In this document: in pieces, positions 24,633 to 37,500 of the stretch
Position numbering within the stretch: position 1 is the stretch's first letter
Layout: each line of letters opens with the position of its first letter
Origin: Catajapyx aquilonaris
Lineage: Eukaryota
Length of the DNA stretch: 64,000 nt
Assembly: GCA_000934665.2 (NCBI GenBank)
Contig: KZ538026.1
Coordinates: 62,001 to 126,000 of the forward strand
Reading direction: 5' to 3'
The notes under the pieces: generated by a model
Told to the model about the DNA's origin: nothing
The model's input: only the letters and a program-made list of their open reading frames with translations
The model's database searches: none
Position numbers and translations under genes: made by a program

Positions 24633-27600
24633 TCACTGCATCACACACTTGCTCTCGATTTGAGCCTTGATGTCGCTCACTTGGGTTTCTATGGTGTTCT
24701 TCAGTTCTGAAAAGCAAAAAACGGTAATCAGCATGTACAGCAGCATTTTTAGGCCAAGATGGCCGATTTGATTTTGAACTAAAATAAATGGCAGAGAGAG
24801 AGAAAAATTGTGACGGTCCCCACTCGTGAATTCGTCCGCTTCCTCCATCTCCGCCTCCATTGCCAGTTCTTCGGGCGTCTTTTTCTTCCGCATCAGAGGG
24901 TTTGGATCTTCAACGGGTTCAGGAGGTAGTACTTCTTCCTTCTTTTTGATGTTGTACTGGAAAAAATTTGCAATCAAATTATTGGATTTTAATCATTCAT
25001 GCTCTGCGTCCCAAAAAATTATGAAATGAATCCTCATGTCCCGAAACGATGTGTCAATTGTACGTTCCTTATGGGACACCCTGTGGATTTGTGTAGATGA
25101 GGGACAGGTGAGAGTGAAAACGAGCCGTTACAATGGTGCATCATCTCCCTTTGCTGATGCTGCTGCTGCTGCACACAGACGTATTATAGCTCAGCGGATG
25201 CAACTATCTCGGGTTTTGGGCTCGGTGCCAAAGGGGCCAGGGTCTGCCTCCGGATGTGAATTTATTTGGCCCACGTAACCAAAATCGATATTAGAGAGGG
25301 GGGGTAGTATCCACCCCTCGAAAACCCCAGTCCTCTTCCCCCTGTCACATGCCTAATATACATGGGGGGGCCATCAAGTGGGCTGTGGCCGAGCACGTGA
25401 CGCCGACTTTGATGCCAATTAGTGCCCCTTTTTCCACGACTCCTAATTCCAGATGTCCCACCAACCCCCTCCTAAAAAACAGACAAGCCGAAAAAAAGGC
25501 AGAACGAGATGGCTCCCGTGTGACTGAATTTTAAACCACCAAAAAAACCCGTTACACCCACGCATTTGTTATGCACGCCCCGCTGCTGTTTCGCCTGTCC
25601 CCCCCTCAAAAAAAAATCGGTAGTTTTTTTTTTGGAGAGGGTTATGTTGCCATGGTAAACAGTATAGGAGTTTTTGGATTACGCTCTGACCCCAAAATTT
25701 GCATTTATCGCGCCACAGCAGCCTTGCATTACGACAATTTCATGCTCCCCCCCCCCTGAAATCACCACAGCCAAATGGTGTGCACACCTGGAATCCTCCG
25801 CAAGTGAGCGTACCTAGCCCCCCAAATATTCATCAAAGGACCTCGTTTTTTGGAGGGGGATGGGTTGCAACATGACACACCGGGTGACTGCACAATGTCA
25901 AAAGGAGCACTTGTCACTGCCACCTCTTTTTTTCCTCCCCGTACATATAACTGACGGAATGTGACTGTGTCCAGCCAGGCTGAAATTAATTGCACTGCAG
26001 CGTGTTTACAGACCGATTAGATGTTCCTGAGGGGGGAGGTTCTCCAATCCGCTCTATTTGTTGCTGACCAAAACAAAGGGGTGGGCCAAAACTGGCCTTT
26101 CATGTGCCCGCATTTGTAAATCCGTGTGTGCAAACTGGGGTTCCCATTAGATGGACTCCCTCGGTATTTTTGCAGCAACGAGTTGGGAAAATTGGTTCGA
26201 CATGAACGGGGAAAGAGAGAAAACAGGACGACCTCTGTTGCCCTTTGTCTGATTACTAATGCAAATTCGGTACTCAATCACGCAATGTCAAATGGCAGTG
26301 ATGATGATAGTCTGTCAACTAACCCAGTTCAGGTCGTTGTCTCGACACAATGTAAGATTGAAGAGCGACGTTTGAATATTTCATGAACACCTATTAACCC
26401 TATCGTCTAATTTAATTACAAGTAGTATCAATGTTCACGACATCTGTTCTGGATGTCCTTTCAGTGTGTGACGCCACGTTCAATAAAAACAACCTGAAGT
26501 TCATATGGGATGCTGAACCGTCATCTCTTGACAGACTGTCAGAAAAATATTGGAGAATCCCGTTGTAAGTGTTGGTATTGGATCGATTTGCGCTCCAATC
26601 TCTGAGCCAGTGTGCCGGCGTCAGATTGTCTTTTGCAGAGGTCATGCTTAAGGTCTTTGGGGGGCACAGCTGGCCGCAAAATGCATTAATTTCAATACCA
26701 GTGAAGCTCACATGTTCTCCACTTGGAAACCTCCCAAAAAGGAATAAGCCCTCGAGGATTGTTGCGGCCCCGAAAACGCGATTATGCGTGGTATGCAAGA
26801 CCTTAGCACTGTACAGGCAGCACCAGAGCTGTACAGAGGGAGACCGCAAATTCGCACAAAGTATTGGCAACGAGGATCAGCTTTGGCACAAAATAACCAT
26901 GGAGATTTACCAGCTCGTGGGATTCAAACATTGCTGCGGGACAATCACCATTTGACCTCAGCTAGTAATGCTGATTGTTAGTACACTGTACATTAGCATG
27001 TTAATAATAATACTATAGACCAGTACAGGTTAGGGACTGTTCATGAACTGTACACATGAACTTCAATTAAGGATCACGCCCTGCAGTGCCGTATTGATTT
27101 TGCAAAGTCATATTTTCCCCCTGCTGAAAATTTGAAGAAAATGCCTAAGCTCCCCTCAGTAATCCTCGAGCCATCCATTTTTAATGAAAATGCAGGCATG
27201 TCGAGATTATGAGTGATGTCTCAAAAAATCAGCTAGTGTTTTATTTACGCAGCAGGAATTCCTGAAAAGAATATTAAATTCTCTCTCTCTCTCTGATAAA
27301 ATCCAATAAAAGTAAGGCTACAGGACTCACATCAATGTAATCACATTGTGTAGTGTCTGTGTTCTGCTGTCGACCTGATTAGTTCCACTAATAACGACGC
27401 TACGAGCATTTACGTCATCATGTACGTACCTTCGCTGCTGGAAAATGCAGCAAGGAAATGATAAAACGCCACTTTTTTGCATCGAAAGTGTTGGAGGGAA
27501 AGAGGCGTGGCCGCCATCTTTATTAGTCAGATCCGAGCATTTTTCTTCTCTCTCCGTGAATAATGTGGACAATATTCTTCTCGCTCCAGCCCCTGCATGG

Positions 27601-27959
27601 CCTGGAGCCCTGCAGTATTTTAACGCAAATGGCGCTTTTTAGATGCGCATAGTTTGTTTTTTCTGTCTCTATTTCGGAAAGTTATAACAGTGTGTCTCTG
27701 GCTGGATAACCAAGATGGCCGCCACCGCGCGGAAAGAACGCGTCAGAGTTACCAGACGCAGAGTGACGCGTCAGATGGCTCACCTTATCCCTGATGTCCT
27801 GCCTCATATTTTCCCTCTCCTCCTCCATCTTGCGGTGCTTGTCTTTCCGCCTGTCCTCCAACTCCTTGATGGCCTCCAACCGCTCCCTCTCCGCCTCCTC
27901 CTCCTTCTCCTTAGCTCCTTCCTCATCTTCACCACCACCACCTCCACCAGGAAGCGACC
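24633..27959 (-). CDS. cpx: Complexin (synaptic SNARE-binding protein), 5'-partial: last three coding exons, CAAX isoform
   Basis: Exon 27959-27784 encodes GSLPGGGGGGEDEEGAKEKEEEAERERLEAIKELEDRRKDKHRKMEEERENMRQDIRDK. Exon 24956-24824 encodes YNIKKKEE...PNPLMRKKKTPEELA...DEFT. Exon 24706-24633 encodes KLKNTIETQVSDIKAQIESKCVMQ-stop. Splice phases are compatible and the sequence is close to insect complexin. The N-terminal MAAFxAKQM exon was not found in the window. Confidence 0.95.
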
Positions 27960-30900
27960 CTGAAAAGTTCGAACACAATTCAACGACACAAGGAACACCA
28001 ACAATTTCACCACCGTTCCCAATCCAACTCATTATTAATTCTAGAGAGAGAGAAAAAAACGTGTGCTAGTTGCGGGACAATCGAAGGGTTAATAGGAACA
28101 CTCATAATTGCCGAAAATTATTGCAGCAGGGGACGGGGGCCTTCATCAAGGGTGCCTTGTCCTGGAGCACGTCCAGAAAATGGCACCCTAATGCTACAGA
28201 ATGTCTCATTGGACGGACGGAAAAGTTACAAGAAAGTTGGGTGCATGCTGGCTCGACTTCTGACTAATTTTACGTGAGCAATTTGCACAAGCGCTCATTA
28301 GCACAATTGCAGTGAAATGTCTTTTTGTGTCTGTGCTCATACAGAACTCTAATAAGTAATACGCTGGCATCAGAGGCACTTGACGGACTTGAAGCAGCAA
28401 TAAGCCCAGTATATTAACACAAGCACAGCACCTGAGTCACAACATACGCACGTTTATAACTTATTTGAACAGTAACATAGTGTGTTTGCAGATGTTCCAG
28501 TGTTTTTCTGGTTTAAAAAGCTAAATGGAACTGGCCTGTCAATCCTCTGGGTTTGGCACAGCACGACTCTGTCGTGCAAGTGAAATATCTGACCGGACAT
28601 GGCAGAGAATCTCACTGGAACGCACAGTTTTGATCACATCCGTTGGAATCTCCTACTCCAAAGGGGACTAAATCCCAAGTGGGATGGAAATATCATGAAT
28701 ATTCAATTTAATGTAATGCAGTTTTTTTTTCCTCTTCTAAAATTTACTGACTCGTGCCCTGCTCAAAATTCAAATGGAAGTAAGATTTATGCATAAGGTG
28801 ACGCACAGAAAAATCCTCAAGCCTTAATTTTTGTGGCACGTGTTAATTAAAGGCCACTTGATATAACTTTGTACAGTATATATGCATACTTGCCTAGGTA
28901 AGTGTGAGTCGTTAAATATTTTATTCTCGTAAACATACATGCAATATTTTATTCCCCAAGACGATAGTTAAACACGATTTGAATTACTCTTGCTGAGGTA
29001 AAAGAGTCAAATTCTTAACACATCAACTAGTGTGTAATTTTCAAATAAAAATGCCTTAAATGTTTAAAAGTAGCACATGTAATTCATAATTATTTTTTTG
29101 CATTCGTGTCTACTGTCCAGAAGCGTACGTCAGCCTTTAAAGCATTTTTTGACGATGAAATTTTAATTAGCATCTTTCCGCGAGGCAAAAAAATGAATAA
29201 ACCACCATGTACTGACCATGTAGTTTTTTGAAACAAAATAATTCATTTTGTGGCTAACAAGCTCCCCTCTCCCATTTATAATGCATCGCATGTAATATAA
29301 TCAAAGCATGTAAAGGCTACTTAATTGTGTTTGTGATCAGACCAAATTAGGGAACCAAGGCCGCAAAATATAGTTTACCGGGAATCCAACACAACCTTGG
29401 ATTCCACGTGACGTGCCCAAATGCACAAAACTTTCATTAAGTGAACAACATACACTATCCTAATTTTCGATACGTTAAATATTGCTATAGTGTCAATATG
29501 TTCAGTGTGCGTATATGTACGAGCACACACTTACTCTTTATGGATGCCTTCAGTACTTTAAACATGGCGTTGTTGACCATTTCCCAGCCCACACACGGTT
29601 CCGAAAAAAAAAACAACACACACACACAATTTTTGGAGGCAGATGTTGGTCACAATGTCATCCTGATTCCTGTCCGGTACGACCACGATGCTGTCTGACA
29701 CATATCCCTGAGTAATAATCCCAACCAACTTCTATATAAGCAACCTTGAGTATGAAGTTGCTGGTGCGGAAAACTCCGGCACTGCTTTTCGCAACGACAC
29801 AGGTGGGATTACGTGACCAGCCAACGTGGATCTCACCATTTACCGACCTTGACTGCATGGTAATGTTTTCCCCTCCATCTAGGGTAAATGAGGCCAGGTG
29901 AATCACATTTGAATTTATCGTTACATATTAAGGCAACATGGCTACGTTGCCCGTTTGGTACACATTCCGGATGTGCCGCACATATGACTTTGAATTTAAA
30001 ATAATCCCATCATTTTACCTTAATGATTGCAATAAATTAATACGCATGAGTTATGACGGGTAGGTACCAAATTGGCGATTATTTCGGATTAAGGTGCTTG
30101 TTATTAAGCAGTTGCCACCGAAAATTTACGAGACACTAAAAATTAGCTGCTTATATTAGGTGGAATAAACACACCTTTTTAAAGCACTGCGGCAGACGTA
30201 AAAGTATAGGATAAAAAGTGCGAATCATTGACAACTAGCATATCTTACTATCCGAAATTGCCAGTAAGGACAATAAATTCGCCTACTCAGTTTTGGTGTC
30301 ACCTCAAAGCAAAACTAATTGTGGAAAATAATTGCCTAAAATAAACCAACACTAATAAATCTGTAACTGAACCTGACATTGCAATATATTGCAAATTAAT
30401 CATATCCCCAATGCGAAAATTAATTTATAAAAGTTTTCTAAGGCTAGATGCCATATATTTTACAAGTTCAATTAAACCCTTCATTACTGAGTACTCCTTT
30501 AGCAGCAAATGATAATTATGGGAGTGAAGGCAATGAACAAGGCCACACTGCAGGAAAATCGCACAGTCCAGGAAAAACAAGTGTCCAGACATGCAGATAA
30601 ATCTATATACACGGCGCAATAAAATGCATCGGTCGCTGTCCTTATAGGCCATTGCATATGTAGAGCTTCTCTCTCAATATTATCGACAAATAGACTTGAC
30701 AGGTGCATCTCTCGACCGACTTGTCTTCTAGTGAGAGTGACACGATACCCCCCGATATCTGACGGTACCTCACGTTCAGTTTAATATTAAACAAAACTTC
30801 TACAGCGCACCAAACCTGATTGTTATGAGATAGGAGCTACACTATTGATTATTGTTTGCACGGTTTAAACTTACACAGGGTATTCCAGCTTTCCAGTGTT

Positions 30901-31446
30901 TTAGTTTGCGATTTTTTTGGCAAAGATAATTTATGCACTGCTTGCGTCATTCTTTTCCTATATGTATATTGTGAGCTTCTCAATTCGCGAATGCTCGACA
31001 TGCGATTGTCCCTGTAACAAATCGACAAAGCGCCAACAATGCGACCCGAATTCGCGAGTGTAGCATCAATAAAGGAAGAGCGTGTGAATTTCCTCGGAGT
31101 TCAGATCCAATCAGCTCCATTCACCCTCGTAACGGGTCTTCGCTTTTGAAAATGGTCCAGTATAACGAAAAAGAAAACAGTACATCTCATAAGCACAAGA
31201 GACGAGCAAACTAACTCTCCCTCCCCAATCCAATTGAATCCTTATCAACTATACACCCCTCCTCCTCCTCTTCTGTACCTCCTCTTGAAAGAGTCAGCCA
31301 TGGGAAATGATTGCAAATCTAATAACATTTCTCCTTCCTTCCCCAATTTCCTCCTTGTCGCGACTGGTGCATGCTCTTATCAGCTACAGCACACCCAGAT
31401 AATCAAAAGGACGCGGGTCGCGATTACTTCTGATACTCCAAATGTA

Positions 31447-31508
31447 CAGGGTGTGGCAGCAGCATCAATAGTGGGTTTTTCTAGCACAAAAATTGCTGGA
31501 TCACCCTG
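31447..31508. mobile_element. 62-bp TA-flanked mini-MITE (Tc1/mariner-superfamily-like ends)
   Basis: Structure is TA-CAGGGTG...CACCCTG-TA. The inverted repeat extends imperfectly to CAGCA/TGCTG. Confidence 0.5.
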
Positions 31509-34500
31509 TAGCCTTTGGTAAAACTTCGAGGGCAGTGACAAGCTGGCAAGAACAGCTTGTCAAGCTATTGGGTGGAGCGAGAGAGATAATGATATTCAGG
31601 CTTGATCGAACGGAGAGATGAGGCAGAGAAGAGCTTTGGGACGCCGTCGGGATTGCCTGCCAAGGCACGTTATGTGTGTTTATATATACTCAGAGGGCAC
31701 ACAGACGGGTTGGAACAATTCGGGTAATATGTTGTACAGTGTACAGTGTACACAAGCTGTTATGGAAACCTATCAATTTAGAGGGCTGGAGGGTATTTAA
31801 TGTGAGGTTAATGAAGAAAAGGGAGTGGGTTGGACTAATTATGTACTGTAAATAATTCCCTGCATAAAATGACCCTAACTGGGCTGTATATAGTGTGGCT
31901 TTTCCAACAGAATGCAAAGCCGCACTTGCACACAGCAGGATTATTCAACTAACCAAAAAGCATTTATAATTTATAGGATGAGCACTTACAGTAAAGTACA
32001 GCCCTAGCAACAAATCAAAAAGGTATGCGAATCAATTTCGACGTTGACAATGGACTCGGCTGTCATTGTCAGTTTGACGAACTTGCTCCGGGAAAATAGT
32101 ATTGGAGAGAACGGGCAGGTACAGAGGACATCACCTCATCCTCCGAAATTGAATCCGACGACCGCATTCCGACATTCCTCATTTTTATTTTATTGACTCG
32201 CATTAACTTTGCCCGGTGAACTATGCCCGAGCCTTTATTGAACTCGCGCCCTTGGTATGACCTCCACGTTTATGGGGTCCACAGGTTCAGAAAGGGGATA
32301 AACACGCACCACCAAAATTATACTCCAGAGGTTCTCCTGCACTTGGTGGGGGTTGACTCTTTGAAGTCAAGGAAGAAAGAGAAGCCTCAGACTAAGTGTA
32401 CCGCATGAAAAGTCGATATATGAAGGTATATTTTAAAGTGCGGCCTGGAGTGGAAAGTTAATCCGGAGCGACGTGTCTATTTATCAGGAAGCGTGCGGGA
32501 CACACCGAGAGAGAGAAGTGGCCAAGTCATGGCTCTAATAAATGGCGTCCCATCGCAAGCCGCATGCAAAATGCAAAACCTCCAAAAGGCCGGAAAAGGA
32601 GAAAAAGTATTTACGGGCTTTTCATCCGGAGAATTAGCATATTAATCACTCCCAACAAAACCCAAGCCCTGTGTCACAACAGAGCTCATTATAACTTGCA
32701 GAGAAGCTTGGCACTGTAGATTCCGTGTCGCGCATAATTGCTCGGAGGGGACATCTAGTAAACTGCTTTGGGGTCCATATGGTGCTGGACATTGTTGCTG
32801 CAGGTGCAACAATGCAACTTTGCCCATGGCGACATCAGCGGATCGCTGTGACGTTGTTTGAAACCAGGGATTTAGACAAAAAAAAATCCGCAAAAATCTG
32901 CTGGAGATACGAAATGCAAAAGCACATCACGACTCTTGTGCGGGCCCGTAAAATCCGGGCTTTCCCCCATTACGCATATTATTCACTGCGCCGTGGAAAA
33001 CTGTGCCTGAAGGAAGGCAAAGGTTATAAAAGCATTACCGTATATGCGGAAAAGAGCTGTGCTGCCGACAAAAAAAAACATTGTGAGTTAAAAAAAAGTA
33101 CAAAATTTTCAGCCGACTCCTAGGTGCATGCCCGCAGGAAATTAAAAGTCCCGGACAGTTGTTTGCACAGCCTGGGAATTAATGTACTGACAACGCGGCC
33201 GTATTCCTTTGCAAAACCGTTGCAAAATGAAGACCCCGTGTTTCGCAACACCCGGCATGTTAAATATTTTCCTCATCAAAAAATGGAAGACGGATTCGCA
33301 ACAATAGAGTGGAAGCCTAAAAACCACCCCGCAGGAACCAACTACGAGTTAAAAATGACGCCGTAACTTGGCAGCCTTGTTCTTTCCAACTGCTGGGGAG
33401 GATTGTTCTTAATAGGTCTCATATATACCCATTTGTGTGCGCATTAAACAAGGGCGGATTAGGCCGTGGGAACACCATACCCAACCCTGAAATTGCTCGT
33501 GGGCTGCAATATTTAAGCCCCCAGGAGTTCAGGGAAAAATAAGGAAACACGGTTATACAGGCTGGCCTTTTTTCGGGTTTCAAATTGCAATAAATGAGGA
33601 TGGGCAGGGATGGAAATGGCCCCCCGTGATCGTAAAATGTTATGGAGATTGCGATGCAAAGGTGTGATGCTGCATACTCAAAGAAGGTTTGTATATTCTG
33701 TACATGAGATGCTGCATACTCTCTGTACTGTATCCAGCAATAGAGTGAGACAATATTTTTGCGCGTTATTAGTACAAGGAATCAACCAATCCTTGAATTG
33801 ATCATGAGAAATTCGAGTTCTTGCAGCTCCAACCTTCAAAATGAAATCCAGCAATATTGGGAGTTTCTTCCTTTGAAAAGAAAAATATCATAACCGTGCG
33901 GCTGCATTGTTTATTCCCCGGAATCTTATTCCTGAGCGAATGGAAACGAAGTGTGGCACATCCTATTCATTTTCGGAAGAGCCTTTTGCTGGCGGCGGGG
34001 GAGGGATTACCTAAGAAATGGATTTCCTCAAGACTGTTCCTGATGGATAGAAAAAGGAATTCGTTTGGATTACAGCGCGCAGTCATGTATATGCAACCCG
34101 GGAGCAAAATCCGCTTCCATTTTATTTTTAGGAGAAACACAGCGAAGCAATTTCCATACGGTGAGCTGCCTTCATTCCATAAGCAATCTCTCAATTTCCA
34201 AAGATTTTATAGGCTGGTTTTTTGTATCTGCAGATATGACTCACCCTGTAGTCACCTAACAGGCTTTTACCGTTGTCTTTTCATTGCTGCAGTCAAACCC
34301 ATCAGGACACGAAGATGGCCAACTCTGCTGCATCGGCACAGGAAATGCTTCTACGACTCACTTCCAGAAGAGACCTGGCTAAATCCCCTGTCGAAATAAA
34401 GTTACCCGCATCGCCTTTTGTTCTCTCTCTCGTCCGATTCCAGCGTGCCATCTTCCAGCAAAACCGACGCAATAGTGCATGGTGGGCATAAAAATGTTCG

Positions 34501-37500
34501 TTTCCATGTGAATTTTTTTTGGGAGGTGGAAGCACGTTTCGTGTGTGCCTCGGGGGGCATGGGGAATCACCAAGGGAGAAAATAGGAAACGCGACAATTC
34601 CGACCGAACGAGAGAGATCGCTCGAAGGACAGAAAAGAAAATGGTGGTCGTCCGGAGGCGCCTTGGTGGCGCCTCTTGATTGGCGTCGTGCCAAATTTTT
34701 TTTCTTTCTCTCTCGAAGGGATGGAAGGGGAGGGTTTGTTATAACGATTTGGGGGGGGGGGAGGAGGAGGATTTCATTTCACCATAGTTGCGCTATGGGC
34801 TTTTAGGACGTAATATCCTATCACTACCGCATCTAGCTCATTAGATTTAACTGCTAAAAAGGATTTTTACCCACTCCTGCTCTTACCACCTGATTTAATA
34901 ATCGATTGGATATGAGCCCAGCCATTTGGAGGGGGGGACTACGGATGCATAGTGTAATGCCAGAGTTCTATTACACCGCTTTGATCTTAACTCACGGTTA
35001 AGGTCGTACATGCAATAAATTTAATCTGAAAGCCGGAATTAGCCTGTAAAACAAAGCCCAAAGCATCCAACTAACCAAACTAATTGCAAACTAAAATATT
35101 ACGATCTGAATTAATTTAAACTAGCAAAAAGCGAACATTTCCGCAATGGATTCGAAACAGATAATTCTACCGCATCACTAGTTGAACCTATTGCCAAAAT
35201 TTAGCAAAACCTATAATCAGTATGACAGTGATCAAACGACTTTAATGATAAAAGGCCCGCCGATTTACCAACTTACCGTTAGTACTAATCTTCAAGCATA
35301 GATGGCGCATAATCCATCTGCACACTACTGCCACACTCAGGTAGTGCGAGAGATAGCGGTACTATCAAGTCGGACAAACATCCGACCGATTGCACCAACG
35401 AAATTAGCGAGGATCGGTAGAACAAGTTCAAAGAGCTCCTAACGATCCATGAATCGGCAATTTCGGTTGGTGTAATCGGGCATACGTCTATTACGAGAAA
35501 GATGTATACTGTTCCACAGTTGCAACCAGGGCAACGTGACAATTTGAAACATTTCACAATTTGCAGTAATTTTGTTTCCCTGCAGCGAACTGCACGAATC
35601 TGCACAAAAAAAGAACCCTGCAGTCTGAGACAAATCCCCCTGAAAAAAAAGAGCTCCGGATCTCAAAATGCCGATGGCGACAGTCACGTTCGAGCGTGTT
35701 CAAGCTGAGGGAGAATCTCCCGAAACTTCCAGGAAATCAATGGGGGAAAAAAAACCCCTGTACACCATACTCTCTGAAAACCCGAGGCCCTGTTTATATC
35801 CGACCCCCCCCCCCTCTCCCTTTATATCTACTTCCCAGAGAGAAAAAAAACATACCCTGGTAATGATTAACTCAGACCCTGTGGGGGGTCCATCCCCTGC
35901 AATATTGCGTGGGATGAAACCCAGCGTAAGGCAAAAGAGGTCTCATCGCTTCATACATTTTGCAAAAGCCTGGTCCCCTATATATTTTTGGGGAGGAGAG
36001 TGAAGTCCCTTTTTTCCCTCCCTTCCAGCATAGCCTCTCCCCTTATGGCTGCTGTCAGACCCTACTTGAAGAATGAGTCCCAGCCCGGAGTGGTTGGCCC
36101 CGGAGTTTCAAGGGAGGCATTTTGTGAGATACGTGAGACTCCGAATGGATTTCGAGACCTCTGCGGTTTGTACCGGATCGAAGTCACTCGGCCGCCGGAC
36201 TTGCTTTTAGCCACATGAGTGGTTTACGTGTTTAAACTGCGTTTTCCAACATCCACGGTAACCATATACGTGGAGGGGAGCCAGAGAGTCCAGCATCACA
36301 GTGTTTGTTTCTATCAAAGGCTGAAATAGGATGCTTCAGTACTTTATACACTGTTGCTGTGCAATGATGGTTTCGTATTACTTCATACAGATAATTTTTC
36401 CGCATGAAAATATATAGGTCAGTTAGAAAACAACAACGTAAAACATACAAAAGGATTCGGTTACATGTTTACACAAGTTAGCCTCTGAGTTACTGGAATT
36501 GCGACAAGTATCATCTGCGTAACAACTGTACAAACAGCCATCCGCTAAGAAAGGTCGTTACACAGTATCTTTATGTCACATTCTTGGAACAATAGCGCCC
36601 ATATCTGGCTTGCCTACACAAGCAAACAAGAGGCAATTCATGTCAATAATAATGCGTCAAGATATACGTAACCAAAGCCAACGTTTTTATCCCCTCCTCA
36701 TTCCCGTTTCGGTTGAGCAAACTCCGGAGCCAAACTTTGCTCGTTATTACGTTTCTCCAGCCACGAAACTTTCGGAGGCCCGGAAACACTGAAGTTTCTC
36801 TCGTGCCTATATGTTGATCTGGAAAGTGAACCACCCTGTATCGCCAGACTTATAACGAGACCCAGCAGGACAGAATCGTTATTTTTGCTGCATGGCCTAA
36901 GGGGTGATCAGATGGCAAGATATTAATATTAATGCCCCAGTGATATTAATGATGCTGCCTACACACTCATACGTATATAGAGTAATCCCAACCCGGGAGA
37001 GGTTAAATGACATTTAATTAGCGCCCAACCCTGCTTGCACGACATTGCCATTTTATGTGCGGTTGATTAGGCCTATTTCGCATGCAGATGCAGCTGTGCT
37101 CACTGCTAACTGCTGCATGTAAACAAAGAAATTACTGAAAGCACCGGGGGCGTCGGGTTTGCAGGAGAGGAAAAACATGCAAAGCAAAAAAAATATCTCG
37201 GAAAGTGTTGGGAGGGTGATTCCGACCGGAATAGATTCAGGGAGCTGTGGGAGTGAAATGAAAATGCTGGGGGGCCAGTTGAGGTCGAGGCCGGCCGATG
37301 GATTCCGACGGCCTCCCCAGCAATTGCCGGATTATTCAGGAAGGAACCACCCCCCCCCCTCCCGCCGCCTCAAAAACCTCCCTGGAAAATGGCCGCAGCA
37401 CATGCAATTTCATGAGAAGGATCCGACCGAAAGGGCAAGGGAAGATACCAAAGTTTTTTTCTTCTTCTCTTGCTGGAATCGGCTGGAATGGTCCATAGAA

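Noticed and set aside
26412..26981. Overlapping 128-152 aa ORFs with a CVVC motif as a piggyBac transposase remnant
   Set aside because: The rest of the Cys-rich domain and the catalytic motifs are absent, and there is no coding signature.
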